A stretch of DNA of 64,000 bases. It comes from the human T2T-CHM13v2.0 reference genome, Homo sapiens. Below the pieces are notes generated by a model. It did no database searches. It saw only the letters and a program-made list of their open reading frames with translations, and was not told the origin of the DNA. A program made the position numbers and the translations under genes. The stretch covers positions 42,496,001 through 42,560,000 of the forward strand of contig CP068257.2 in assembly GCA_009914755.4 (NCBI GenBank), in the 5' to 3' direction. Positions 1 through 12,621 of this stretch are shown here, piece by piece; position 1 is the stretch's first letter, and every line of letters begins with the position of its first letter.

Positions 1-1066
1 CGTGGGCCCGCGGCCTCTGTTCTCAGCCAGGAGCTGCCGCTGATCCTGAAAACTCACAGCTGGTTTTCTTGTTTTAACTGAGGGGATTTCACACGATGTC
101 ACTGGTGACTTAACAGGAAGGAGAGGCACACTGCACTTCCCTAGAGGAGGCCTGGAATTCTCTTGGCTCCCAGAGGTGTCCCTAGGCAGTCCCTCAGGAC
201 CCCTATCCTTTACCAGACCCCTTCTCCCAAGCCCCTTAGCCACAGTACCCCCAACCCCGCTGACTTCTGGCCAGTCACTGCAGCACGTGCTCCATCCCTG
301 ACGCCATCCACTCCCAGCGGCCTCCCTCCTGGGGAGCCACAGCCAACCACGCCCCTTTGTCCCTGCTCAGACAAAGCCTGGGTCCTGAGGTTGGCGGCAC
401 GAGTAGGGCGCCCACTCCTTCATCCACGTAAGCGCCTTGGCTTACGTGGCGGGTCGCAGCCCCGCAGGGAGTGTGTGCTCTTCAGCGTCTGCTGCCGGGA
501 AGTCACTCTCAGATGTGTGAGGGTGACCCAGCAAGGCCGGGTTCCGCCTCGGCAGGTGTGATGCTTCCACGAGCCTCCCGGCACCTGCTCCTTGGTGGTC
601 CTGGAACGCGGCGCTGTGCTGTCCAGGTCTCAGCTGCGTCTGGTGCTGGCAGGGCGAGAGCCGCACTTGCGTGGGTGAACATCAGTGAGGCGCACTCGCG
701 ATGGCCGCTCACTACCGAGTTCTGTCAGCCGAACAAGGATGAGGATCTATCGGAATCCTCTGTCTCCCCACCCACAGTCGCTCACTTAAGGACCTGCCTG
801 GTCACTGTCCAGGGAGGCCCCTAAAGTGGAGCCTCAGGAAGAGGTGCAGGCTCAGAGCTCCTGAAGGAGGTCCCTGCTGCAGCCGTGTCACAGCCGGGGT
901 GAAGGTTTCGCCCATGGTCTCCACCTCGGGATCCCGTCCTTGTCAGAGAAGTGTTCCTTGGATGAGCGCCCAGAGGGAGGAGCCCATGGCCCTTTCTTCT
1001 GTGACTGATTAAAAATCTCGATGAAACAAGACAGCCCCTGGCAGGTGAACCACTGCCTCTGAGCAT

Positions 1067-1246
1067 GCCTCCCCTGAAAACAGTGTGGGGCGCAAGCCCA
1101 TCTCCTCCCCAATCCAGCCATGAGGCTCCCCTGGAAACAGCACAGGGCGCAAGCCTGTCTCCTCCCCGGTCCAGCCATGAGGCTCCCCTGAAAACTGCAG
1201 GGCACAAGCCCGTCTGCTCCCCGGTCCAGCCATGGGGCTTCCGTGC
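1067..1246. repeat. Intronic tandem repeat of a ~60 bp unit, about 3 copies.
   Basis: The unit ctcccctgaaaacagtgtggggcgcaagcccatctcctccccaatccagccatgaggct recurs with few substitutions at 1067, 1127 and 1187. Confidence 0.8.
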
Positions 1247-1587
1247 ACGGTGACCCACAGGCTTTTTTCCTGAGGAAACCTAAATCCTTTCCCACTGGCC
1301 CCACCCACCCCTCAGCCTGGTGTCAGAGGCCTGCGTGGCCAGCCAGGGGCTGTTAGGCGGCCCAGCCGCTCACTGCTGGGACCCCTTCCTTGAATGCAGT
1401 AGTCGAGGTGGGCGCTGGGCTGTGCCAGGAGCCACTGTGGCATCTGTAGCTGGCAGTTGATGGCTGGGCGGCTGCACGCAGCGTCGGGAGCTGCTGAGAA
1501 CCTGCTTCCTGGACTTTCTGCCTGCGCAGAGGGCGGCAGGGGGGTTTCATCTCATAGGCAGCCAGAAGTTGCTTCAGGACATGCAGT

Positions 1588-1873
<286 letters not shown>

Positions 1874-2819
1874 TGAAATGTGTTTTTAACAGTGTTTCGT
1901 TACAGCTCACGGTAGCAGTTTCCACCTGGGCCTGTCGGGAGTGGGTAGGACTGTAGACAGCGGGAGGAGGGATGAAGGGTGCGGGGTGTTGAGGGCAGGG
2001 TGGGGCCTGACAGCTGTGGGCTACACCACAGGTTGCCAGGGGATGGGGCTGCTGTTAATGAGGCCGTACTCCTTCCACTGTTGCCCCTGGGTGGCCATGA
2101 GGCGCTGGACGACACAGGTCACTGAAGGCCCTGCTGTGGGCACAGTGCCTGGCACACAGGGGCCTCTGTTGACTTGGCAGGGAAGGGTTCCTGATGAAGC
2201 AGAAGCAGGTCCCAGGGGTGGGTGTGGCAGGACCATCAGTTTCAGGGCTGCTGCGGCCTGTGCGTCAGGGTCAGGGGCGTGCGCCCACCAGCCTGCACTT
2301 GTTGAGAGTTGTGCTGCAGGTCAGAGGCTGGCGAGGCTGCTCCTGGCCCATTGTGCCTCCTGTAGAAGGGGGGCTGGTGTGAATGAGAAGTGCAGCTGTG
2401 TTATCTATTGCTGGGTCACAGACCACCCCACAACTCAGGGCTGGGGCAGCCGCACATCATTACCCTCTCTGTGAGTGGACTTTGGCAGCCCGGGACTCTC
2501 GCCAGTCTGGGGTGTCCTGGGGCTTGGGGCTTAGCCCATGGCTGTTGGGGGTTCCCCTCAGGGGTCCTTGGCCTGGTGCTTGAGTGCCTGCAGGGCGTGC
2601 TTGGCGGGGAGTGGGGCTGAGGACACCTCACTCTCAGCCTTGAGTCACCTGGTGCCACCTCCATCACATCCCATGGGCCACAGCCTTCTGGCAGCGCAGG
2701 CTCACAGGGGGCAGGGTCGGCAGGGCTCCCGTGGCAGGGCAGCCTGGGGTCATGGCGAGGGTAATTTCTGTTCTGCAGGCCATGCAGCCTGCCTGACCCG
2801 TGTTCTTTTCGCCTTTCAG

Positions 2820-2976
2820 CTTGTGCTGCATTGCACCTGTCCTCGCGGCCAAGGTGCTCAGAGGCGTCGAGGTGACTGTGGGCCACGAGCAGGAGGAAGG
2901 TGGCAAGTGGCCTTATGCCGGGACCGCAGAGGCCATCAAGGCCCTGGGTGCCAAGCACTGCGTGAAGGAAGTGGTC
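2820..2976 (+). CDS. GATD3A: Penultimate coding exon of the ES1 homolog GATD3A (C21orf33) or its paralog GATD3B.
   Basis: Polypyrimidine tract plus AG at 2818-2819. Base 2820 completes a Gly codon. The translation [52 protein letters not shown] matches the recalled human ES1 protein. The exon is 157 nt and ends in phase 0. Confidence 0.75.
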
Positions 2977-4435
2977 ATATCCTTCCTGGTAGCCAGGCCC
3001 GGCCCGCTGTCGTGCTTGTCCCTGAGACGTGCATAGGGACGCCCCTCCCTCCGGGCTGTCTTGGTGGGTGGCCTCTTCACCGGGAGCTGCACCTGCTGCT
3101 CTCCCTGTGGGGCCTCCCCCAGTGGGCACCGCAGCCATGTGTCTAAGGGCAGAGAGCAGATGGCTGTGACAGCCCAGCTGGTGTGAGGTGGGTCACAGAC
3201 ACGTCAGAAGCGCAGCTCTGGTGCGTGGTTGGCAGATCCGGCAGATCCAGGTCCCTTGCCTGACTGTTTAGTCTGCTCAGCAACACCCAGGCAGCCACAC
3301 TCCGGGCCCAGCGGGGGGAGGGTGAGGAAAGAGTGTGTGCGAGGTGTGGAGGGAGAGCAGCCGGGCGTGCAGGAGGCGGGGGCTTCCTGAGATGCTGGGG
3401 GAAAGCGGCCGGGTGTGCAGGAGAAGGGGCTTCCTGGCTTCATTTGGGCGGAAGTTCTCAGGCCAGTTTGGGTGGCCAGGTGATTCAGCCAGCCTTGCGG
3501 CCCCCAGCCCCTCCTGTTGAGGTGTGTACCCTGAGTTCTGAGATGATGGACCAAGAACGCCAGCGGGGCTGTTGCCCAGGGAGATTTGGAGGGAGGCTCC
3601 TGGAAGGCCCTGCCTGGATCTGGGAGAATGTCCATGTGAGCCCAACTGAGAGAACAGAACACTCCGGGGTGCCGGAAGGCACTGGAATGAGTAGAGCATG
3701 GACCCGGTCCCCTGCAGGTGTTGTTCTGAAGGGTGCAGTTCCTCTCAATGGGGCAGCTTTTTTCTCACAGGCAGCTTCAGACGTCAGGCCCCGTCTCCCT
3801 CCCTGCGGCTTTCCTGCTGGGCAGGAGCGCAGTGCAAGGCTGGCCCCAGGCCTCTGACTGCTTGCAGGAAGATAGGGGCACGTGTCTTGGGTGGTGTGGA
3901 GGCCTGGCCAGTGGTTACATGCGTGGTGTTGGGGAGGCTCAGGTCTGTGGCTGGCCGGCCCCAGTTGTGCCACCTGCTGCCCTGTTGCCTGTTGCCCTGC
4001 CCCATGAGGACCGGCTCCTTCACGGCCAGTTCTTCATCTGAAAAGCGGAGGTGCTGCCACTGCCTCCCGTGGTGGTTGTGAGCACCCCAGGCATGTGTGC
4101 GCCCCCATGGCGGGGCAGCTCGTGGCCATGTGTGGGTGTTGGGCCTGTGTGATGCTGGCATGAAAGGTGCCCCGTTCCCTGGAATTTCCCGCTGCTTTCT
4201 TCCTCTAGAATGCATGTGAATTGGGAACAGGTTCCTTCTTATGTTGTTCAGCAGCATAAATCATACAGAAAGCAGGGTCCTGCCGGCACAGACTGCACCA
4301 GGAGCGACTTCTCCTCTTCCAAGTTATCTGAGAACAAAGTTAGGACACGCGGTGAGGGTGGGGGAGGGGCCGGGGCTCCACACCTGAAAGTCCCTCAGGT
4401 CCGTGCTGGGTGGCTTTTTCCGTAACTCTGCACAC
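2977..4435 (+). other. GATD3A: Probable U12-type AT-AC intron between the last two coding exons.
   Basis: The intron starts ATATCCTTC at 2977, matching the U12 5' splice-site consensus ATATCCTT. It ends ..CACAC at 4434-4435. TTCCGTAAC at 4417-4425 resembles the U12 branch site TCCTTAAC and sits 10 nt from the 3' splice site. Only this junction gives ..KEVV|EAHVDQ.., the recalled protein. The nearby GT-AG alternatives give other sequences. Confidence 0.55.
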
Positions 4436-4564
4436 GAAGCTCACGTGGACCAGAAAAACAAGGTGGTCACGACCCCAGCCTTCATGTGCGAGACGGCACT
4501 CCACTACATCCATGATGGGATCGGAGCCATGGTGAGGAAGGTGCTGGAACTCACTGGAAAGTGA
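4436..4564 (+). CDS. GATD3A: Terminal coding exon of GATD3A/B, with stop TGA at 4562-4564.
   Basis: The translation [42 protein letters not shown] matches the recalled C-terminus of human ES1 (C21orf33) exactly. It is in frame with the upstream exon across the AT-AC junction. Confidence 0.8.
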   Translation, partial: EAHVDQKNKVVTTPAFMCETALHYIHDGIGAMVRKVLELTGK

Positions 4565-5095
4565 CGCGCATGGACGGGGCCCAGCTAGGCGCCAGGACTT
4601 GGCCTCACCCTCTGGCTGAGGAGCTGTCGGCTGCTTTCCATCCAGCTGGGAGTCTGGCAGGCCCTTTTTTTTTTTTCTTTGCCGAAACCTGCAGGCGTTC
4701 TCTCTCTAAGGAGGATGTGCTGCAGTGCATGGGGGATGTTTCTTCCTGGGTGTGGCTGGGCTGCTCTCACATACAGAGGCCGAGGGGCCAATTCGTTCTC
4801 TGCCACAGGGACTTGCCTCACTGTGTCCCAAAAACAAATCGCAGCCAGCTTTTCCAGAAATAGAAAATTCTGCCGTCTGAGGTTTTATACTTCAGGTTAG
4901 TTAGTTTTTGGAAGGAAGAACATTTTTAGGTTTGCAAGCCTCCTGATCAGGAAACCAGAAATACCACATTTATGGACCATGAAAGGTTGGTTCTTGACTC
5001 TGAAGGGACTTTTGAGTTAATCAGCGTAAGGGGATTTCTAAAGCAGGCAATCCCTGTAGCCGCAGAGAATAAACGCCTTCCCAAAATGGCAACTT
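4565..5095 (+). other. GATD3A: Putative 3' UTR of GATD3A/B.
   Basis: Sequence between the stop codon and the first canonical AATAAA. It contains a T11 run at 4666-4678. The length of ~0.5 kb is plausible for this transcript. Confidence 0.45.
5068..5073 (+). promoter_or_regulatory. GATD3A: Candidate polyadenylation signal AATAAA for GATD3A/B.
   Basis: This is the first AATAAA downstream of the stop codon (..cgcagagAATAAAcgcc..). The expected cleavage site is ~15-25 nt downstream. Confidence 0.45.
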
Positions 5096-7189
5096 CCCAC
5101 AGCCACATTTCAGACCTGCTGAGACTGCTGAGTGAGGAATGGCAGTGAGGTTTCTTCAATTAGTCTCAGTTCTCTTAATTTTCAGGAAGAAAGGGAAATT
5201 GCAGCTCCTCAGCCCCCAGGATTGACCTCTGGGGAGTGATGGTAGCGTTGGTGCCAGGCCGTGGGTTCAGGTGTGGCAGAAGCTTGCAGATGCGTCCGAA
5301 GGGAAATAAAGTGTGTTGGCGTTAGACTTTGTGCTGCATTCATCTGTGTGTTCAGGGTTGTTTGGGGAAGAAAACATTTGGGGTGGGAGTCAGGTGTCTG
5401 CACGCTTCACTCAGTGTCACATATCTGTTGCTGTTTGGGTCTGTCTCTGCCTGAGCAGCCAGGGCCAGGCCAGCCTGAGAGGCCCCACGCTGGGTGGGTG
5501 GCAGGAGCTGCCCAGTGTTGGGTGGCGGTGTGGGAAACGCCCACTCTGGCTGCTGGCGTGGCTGTTCCGCGTGGTCTGGTTTGCACCTCCCTGTGTGTCA
5601 GGTGCTGGGCCCGGAATGGGGGTGCAGGCCCTGGTCCCACAAGACTCGAACCCTCAATTGCACTGGTACCCACCACACCCCCTCGGCCCTCCCCACCCAC
5701 TGCATGGAATCAGCGGATTCATTCTACCGCCTTGAGAGGGCGTGGGGGGCCCATGGGTAAGGCAGGAAGGCCCCGGTGCACCCTGCATCGGGTCTCAGCC
5801 TGACACTTCTGGTTCTTCCTCCGTGGGAGCTGGGTTCTCCAGTGGCCTTCCTCCCACTGAGGCCGGGCCTCAGGAAGTCCTCACGGGCGCCCACGCCCGC
5901 TGCAAACGCCCACAGCACTCGCCTTGGGGCCAGGATTACCCTGTCCCCAGCAGCGGAGGAGCCTCCCATGTCCAGGGTAAGGTGGGGCTCCTCCCCTTTC
6001 TCATAGGCTGGTAGGGACACATTTTGCATGGCTGGAGGGGGGGTACCCGTATACCACGCATGTTTATTCACGTGTGTGTGAGTGTATGGAAAAGTGCACA
6101 AGTCACAAGCATTCACTTTGGGGTTTCCACAAAGCAAATACGCAAAACCATCGCTCGGGCCTGGAACGGTGGCACTGTCCCCAGAGCCTCTCAGCCTCCC
6201 GCAGGCACTGGCTGCGTGCTTGTTTGCGCGCTCTCTCTGAGGTGATCCAGTGTGGCGCCCCACACGCAGGTGCTTCTGCTGGGCCAGGCCTGTCCTCACC
6301 TGCATCTGCCCTTAGCCCAGGTGGCCCTGTGGGTCCTCAGTGTCCCCACTTGCAGATGAGGCTTTGCTCCCCCCAGGGCCCTGCAGCTTGTAGGGCTTGG
6401 CTGGGACTCAGCTCCGGGCAGCGCAGCACCAGAACCCCAGCCCTAGAAATAGATCTTGGGACGTTGGGAAGCCCAGAGAGGGGCCGTGACAGAACCGGAG
6501 AGCTCGGTCCTGGGTTCACTGCAGGAGAGTTTGGGCCTGGGTTCACTGGACAGTGACTCCGTGGCTGCTGCGTGCCAGGCACCTTCAGGTACCAAGGGCA
6601 CTGTCACGAGCATGCCCTCGTCCTGGAGTTCAGGTGGGGGCAGCCAGTATGTGGCCCGGTGAGCCATGGAGTCCCCCTGGCAGTGGTGGGGGTGTGGACA
6701 TGCTGGGAAGGAGGATGGCAGTGCCAGGCATGCATAAAGTGATCAAGGAAGGGGACAAGGGGTCCAGTGGGAACAGGAGCTAACCAGGGGTTCAAGGTCA
6801 GGGCGTGGGGAGGGAGGGGCGCTGGTGACATGCATGGTTCCCGGGACCAGCCCGTCCTGCCATCCCAGAGGCCTCTGCATCCCACAGGCTGTGCACCCTG
6901 GAACGTGGTTGTGGCTTTAGGTGCTGCCACCAGGGGGCGTGGCAGAACTGTCTTTGGGGCTGACCACGGGCAGGCGGCCCCTCACCAAGCTGCTTCCTGT
7001 TGGTGCCATCAGAGTCTGGGCTATCCTCTCCTGAAGCCCTCTCTGGTCTCCACATGCCCCACCCCTTTGCCCTGTCCCTCTTATTTCCTTCCAGGGTACC
7101 TCCTCACCTCCTGTCCAGGTCACCAGAGCTTCACCTGTGGACATGCCCCATTCCCTGATAATCCTTTCTTCATTCTCCATTTCTCCACC

Positions 7190-7685
7190 ACTCCCAGCTC
7201 CCCCAGCACTCCCAGCTGCTCCACACTCAGTCCCCTGCTCCACACTCAGCCCCCAGCTCCCCCACCATTCCCAGCTGCTCCACACTCAGCCCCCAGCACC
7301 CCCACCACTCCCAGCTGCTCCACACTCAACCCCCAGCTCCCCCACCACTCCCAGCTGCTCCACACTCAACCCCCAGCTCCCCCACCACTCCCAGCTGCTC
7401 CACACTCAACCCCCAGCTCCCCCACCACTCCCAACTCCTCCACACTCAGCCCCCAGCTCCCCCACCACTCCCAGCTCCTCCACAGTCAACCCCCAGCTCC
7501 CCCACCACTCCCAGCTCCTCCACACTCAACCCCCAGCACCCCCACCACTCCCAGCTGCTCCATACTCAACCCCCAGCTCCCCCACCACTCCCAGCTCCTC
7601 CACACTCAACCCCCAGCTCCCCCACCACTCCCAGCTCCTCCACACTCAACCCCCAACCCCCCCACCACTCCCAGCTGCTTCTCCA
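7190..7685. repeat. Minisatellite (VNTR), 40 bp unit, ~12 copies.
   Basis: The unit cccccagctcccccaccactcccagctgctccacactcaa recurs with period 40 and minor variants (cagcacc, ccaactcc). Confidence 0.9.
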
Positions 7686-8589
7686 TTCCCACCTGTTCTT
7701 CCTTCCTGGTGTTCTTCTCCCCAGACCTGGTCTGACTGTCCCTCCCAGTCCCTCATTACCTGGGGATGGACGTCTTCCACTCTGACCTCCAGGCTCTCTT
7801 GAAGGCTGCTCCTTCCCTTTCTCCCCCTGAGCTCCTTGCTGTCTCAGACCCCTGCCCAAGGAGGCCTGTAACTCCAGCCCTTCTCTGTGCACTACACTTG
7901 GAGTGGGGCACCGCCCACTCAGCATATCCAGACTGGGCCCCCCACGCGTACTTCTTCCTGTCTCTGTCTTGGGGGCCATCATGTGCCCAGATCCCCATGA
8001 GAAACTGGTCCCAGCCGCCTGTTTCTCCCTGCCCCTCCCTCTGCCGCCAGCTATGGGTTTTGCCTCCAAATATGTCCAAGCCACCCCCTTCCTCTCCTGT
8101 GCCTAGACCGGGTTCATGCCTACTCCCCACATCTGGTCCTGACACCTTCCATCCCTCCCTCCTGGGACGACCAGCCCCCCTCTTTGTATTACTGGCTCCC
8201 CTTGTCTCTCGGCTCTCAGCATCACTCTGCAGAGAGGACTTCCCAGCACGCCCTGGCTGAGGAGGGGTCCCTGGGCCACTCGCTGCACAGATCTCGAGGT
8301 CTGTGAGTACACATGTATCACAGCTTTGTCATCTGTCTCCCCACTGCACTGGGAGTGTCAGGAGAGAGGATGGGGGCCTCATGGGTGCCCTCCACCTTCC
8401 CCGGCCAGGCCCGGGCTCTGAGGTGGTGGGCTCTGGGCATGAGCAGGCCAGTGCGTGCTGCGAGGCCCAAGGCTCACGGACCTGACACGCCCACCTTGGT
8501 GCCCGCCCTCTCCCAGGCCCCTCCCACCTACTGCTGGCCAGCGTCTTCCTCTAGGGCTCCCTCAACATCACCTTTTCTGTTTTGTTTTA

Positions 8590-10320
8590 AATAGACTTTA
8601 TTTTCTAGTGCAGTCTTAGCTTCATGGCAAAATGGAGCAGAAGGTACAGAGAGTCCCACACACTCCCTGCCCCCACGCATGCACGGCCTCCCTCACCATC
8701 ACCCCCGCACACCCCCGCCCGCCAGAGCACACATTTATTAAGGCAGCCAACCCACACGGATGCGCCATCACCCCGAGTCCACGGCATCCGTTAGAGCCCA
8801 CTCTTGGTGTTAGCCATTCCGTAGATTCGGACAAATGTAGGACACGGGTCCGCCATTTACAGAGAATGCAAAATGGTTTCATTGACCTGAAAACCCTTGG
8901 CTCTGCCCGTTCCTCCCCCACCCTCCACCCCCGTAACCACTGATGGTTTTTACTGTCCCCACAGTTTTGCCTTTTCCAGAATGTCATGTGGTTGGACTCA
9001 TGCACTATGTGGCCTTTTCTGATTGACTCCTTTCGCCTGGTAATAGCATTTATATTTCCTCTGTGTGTTTTCATGGCTTGACAGCTCATTTCTTTTTAGT
9101 GCCGAATAATATTCCATTGTTTGGCTCTACCACAGTTTATCCATTTACCCTCTCTCAAGAGCATCTTAGGCTTGTCCCAGTTTGGGGCATTTATGAATAA
9201 AGCTGCTATAAACACCGGTGTGGAGGTTTTGGTGTGGACACACATTTTCACCTCTTTTGGGTAAATCCCAAAGGGGATTTACCAGGGAGTGTGATTGCCG
9301 GATCATATGGTGAGAGTTTTGCAAGAAGCTGCCAAACTGTCTTCCCAAGTGGCTGCACCATTTTGTGTTCCCACCAGCAATGAATGGGCGTTCCTGTGGC
9401 TTCACGTCCTCACCAGCATTTGGTGGTGTTCGTGTTTTGGATTTTGGCCAGCTGATAGGTGTGTAGTGGTATATTGTTTTAATTTGCTATTTCCTACTGA
9501 CATATGATGCTGAGCCCCTTTTCATGGCTTATTTACCATCTGCGTATCTTCTTTGGTGAGGTATCTGCTCAGAATTTTTGCCTATTTTTAAATTGGTTGT
9601 CCCTTTTCTTTTTGTTGAGTTGTAAGAGTTGTTTGTAAATTTTGGCTCGTAATCCTTTCATGGATATCTCATTTCTAGTTATTTTCTCCAGGTTTGGGGC
9701 TTGTTCTTCTTATTCTCTTGACAGTGCCTTCACAGAGCAGTTTTTAATCTTAATGAAATCGAGTTTCTCACTGGTTTCTTCTTGGATAGTGGTCCGCCCC
9801 CGCCTTATTAAAAAAAGAAAGAAAGAAAGAAACAGGGTCTCACTGTGTTGCCCAGGCTGGTCCCAAACTCCTGGGCTCAACTGATCCTCCTGCCTCAACC
9901 TTCCAAAGTGCTGGGATGCCAGGTGGGAGCCACTGGGCTCAGTCTTGTGTTTTTAAAACTCATCACCAAACCCTCGGTCATCTAGATTTTCTCCTGTGTT
10001 ATCTTCTAGGAGTTTGATAGTTTTGCATTTCACATTTAGGTCTGTGATCATTCTGAGTGAATTGCTGTAGGGGTGGAATGTGTGTGTTGGGATTCATTTT
10101 GGGAATGTGAACGCCCCGTTGTTTGGCTCCATTTGGTGGAGGCTGTGCCCCATTGCATTGCTTTTGCCGCTTTGTCACAGACCAGTTGACTCTCCATGCG
10201 GATTTGTTTCTGGGCTCTCTCTCCGCTTTCACTGGTCTGTTTTGCCAACACCCTGTCGTGAGTACTGTAGCTTTATAGTAAGTCCGGAGCCTGCCAAGTC
10301 TTCAGAGTTGTAATCTGCCC
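8590..10320 (-). mobile_element. L1 LINE fragment (3' ORF2/3' UTR region, old L1M/L1P-like), antisense. It is interrupted by an Alu fragment at 9808-9941.
   Basis: Matches antisense L1 consensus strings: ..aataatattccattgtttgg..tttatccatt..ctgctataaacacc..ctgccaaactgtcttcccaagtggctgcaccattttgtgttcccaccagcaatg..gatgctgagcccctttt..actgtagctttatagtaagt. Confidence 0.8.
9808..9941 (-). mobile_element. Partial Alu (right monomer only), antisense, inserted in the L1.
   Basis: A-rich/GAAA run, then ..cagggtctcactgtgttgcccaggctggtc..cctcctgcctcaaccttccaaagtgctgggatgccagg..gccactg. Confidence 0.75.
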
Positions 10321-10930
10321 CTATCAGATGTCCAAACCATGCCCCCAGGGCCCTGAGATCAGGTCCCCAGGAGGGCCTGGCTGGAGTACCCATAGCCCTG
10401 AGCGCCAGGAGAGCAGGGTCTGCCTGCTGTGGGAGGTCTGTCCTCGCGAGGTCGGACACCCAGCCCTGGTTGTCCTGGTCCACCTGGTATGACCCTGCCC
10501 TGTTCCTGCTTCTTCCAAGCACCCGTGACCCTGGGAAGCCTGTCACAAACACCTCCCTGGACAACCCATGCTACAGAGTGCACCACGCCAATTGCCACCA
10601 CAGCCTCAGGCAGCACTGTCACCCACAGCAGAGGCCGCCCTCACAATCTCACACTTCAGGAGCCCAGGTGGGACGCTAGCCAGGGTCCCTAGAGGTGGCT
10701 TTGCCGGCCCAGGCAGCCCCATCTCTCCGGGACCCCACTGCTCCCTGGGTCCAGCCCAGGCCCTGATTCAGCAGCAGCTCCATAAAGAAGTAAAACGAGA
10801 ATATTCACGGGGCCCACACTTAGTGGACTCCTGTCACATGGTGTCCAGCATGGCTCGTGGGTGAGGACAGCAAAACCACCAAGAAATGACCCGAGAGGCC
10901 AACAGCAGCTCCCTGGGAATGCCACACTCT
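10275..10930. repeat. Inverted-duplication copy A, ~655 bp. Its partner lies at 14095-14760.
   Basis: The reverse complement of 10275-10930 aligns to 14095-14760 at ~90% identity. Shared strings include ggagctgctgttggcctctcgggtcatttcttggtggttttgctgtcctcacccacgagccatgctggacaccatgtgaca and ggggacctgatctcagggccctggggg. Confidence 0.8.
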
Positions 10931-11208
10931 CCAGGAAGACATAGCAACTCTGAAACACACAACTTAGGTAGAAATCTAACAAGATATTTACAAGATCTGT
11001 GAGGAAAATTATAAAACTTTAATAAGTCAAAGAGGTAAAATGGAAAGATATTCCACACCCCTTATTATGCATAACTCCTTTTATTCCTGATAAGCTTCTT
11101 TGCTCTGAAGTGTGCTCTGAAATTAATATAGCTATTCCAGCTTTCTTGTGATTAATGTGAGTATGGTATTTCTTCCTCTGTTCATTTACTTTTAATCTAC
11201 ATGTGTCT

Positions 11209-11233
11209 ATTTATTTATTTATTTATTTATTTA
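11209..11233. repeat. (TTTA)n microsatellite.
   Basis: tatttatttatttatttatttattt. Confidence 0.8.
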
Positions 11234-11510
11234 GAGACAGAGTCTTGCTCTGCCACCCATCTCTACAGTGATGAGATCATGGCTCACTGCAACCTCCGCC
11301 TCCCGGGTTCAAGTGATTCTCCTGCCTCAGCCACCTGAGTAGCTGGTCTACAGGCACAAGCCACCACGCCTGGCTAATTTTTGTATTTTTAGTAGAGATG
11401 GGGTTTTGCCGTGTTGGCCAGGCTGGTCACGAACTCCTGACCTCAAGTGATCCGCCCGCCTCTGCCATCCAAAGTGCTGGGGTTACAGGCGTGAGCCACT
11501 GCGCCCAGCC
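11232..11510 (-). mobile_element. Alu SINE, antisense.
   Basis: ..gagacagagtcttgctctgccacc..ggctcactgcaacctccgcctcccgggttcaagtgattctcctgcctcagcc..gtgagccactgcgcccagcc. Confidence 0.9.
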
Positions 11511-11887
11511 ATTGTTTTTATTTTTAAAGTGGGTTTTGTGTAGATAACATATAGTTAGGTCTTATTTTTTGATCCGTTTTGACAATCTCTGTCTTTTAAT
11601 TGGTGCATTTATACCACTGACATTCAAAGTCACTGTTGATATAGTTGGATTAATATCTACCATGTTTGTTCCTATTTTCTATTTTTTGTTTTTGTTTTTT
11701 ATTTTTTCTGCCTTTTGTGGTTTTAATTGACCATTTTATGATTTTATTTTCTATTCTTTCTTAGACATCAATTATACTTTTTCACATTTTCAGTGGTTAC
11801 CCTAGATTTTGTGATACACATTTCCAACTATTTCAAGCCCACTTTCAAATAACACTGAACTGCTTGCTAATCGGTAGCCCAAGTATT

Positions 11888-12186
11888 TTTTGTTTTGTTG
11901 TTTTTTGAGACAGGGTCTTGCTCAGTCGCCCAGGCTGGAGTGCAGTGGTGTGATCACGGCTCACTGCATCCTGGAACTCTTGGCTCAGTCGGTCCTCCCA
12001 CCTCAGCCTCCTGAGTTGCTGGGACCACAGGCGCATGCCACAGCACCTAGCTAATTTTTGTATTTTTTATAGAGACGGGGTTTTGCCACGTTGCCCAGGC
12101 TGGCCTCAAACTCCTGGCTCAAGCAATCCACCTGCCTTGGCCTCCCAAAATGCTGGGATTATAGGCGTGAACCTCTGTGCCCCACC
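11888..12186 (-). mobile_element. Alu SINE, antisense.
   Basis: ttttttgagacagggtcttgctcagtcgcccaggctggagtgcagtggtgtgatcacggctcactgca..gcctcccaaaatgctgggattataggcgtgaacc. Confidence 0.9.
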
Positions 12187-12305
12187 AAAAGTATCTTTTA
12201 ATAACAGTATGTTCCCAATTCTTCACTCCTGTCCCCTGTATCACTGCTATTATTAGTTTCACTTATACATAAGCATATATAATCAAGTACATTGTTATAA
12301 CTTTA

Positions 12306-12621
<316 letters not shown>

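Noticed and set aside
2974-4401. A conventional GT-AG intron using donor GTCATA (2974) or GTAGCC (2989) and acceptor CAG (4399).
   Set aside because: These junctions would encode ..[20 protein letters not shown].. or similar, not the ES1 C-terminus. The AT-AC junction reproduces the known protein and carries U12 consensus elements.
6767-7802. Proline-rich ORFs of 322 and 221 aa.
   Set aside because: They are produced by the 40 bp VNTR in GC-rich DNA. All three frames are open across the array.
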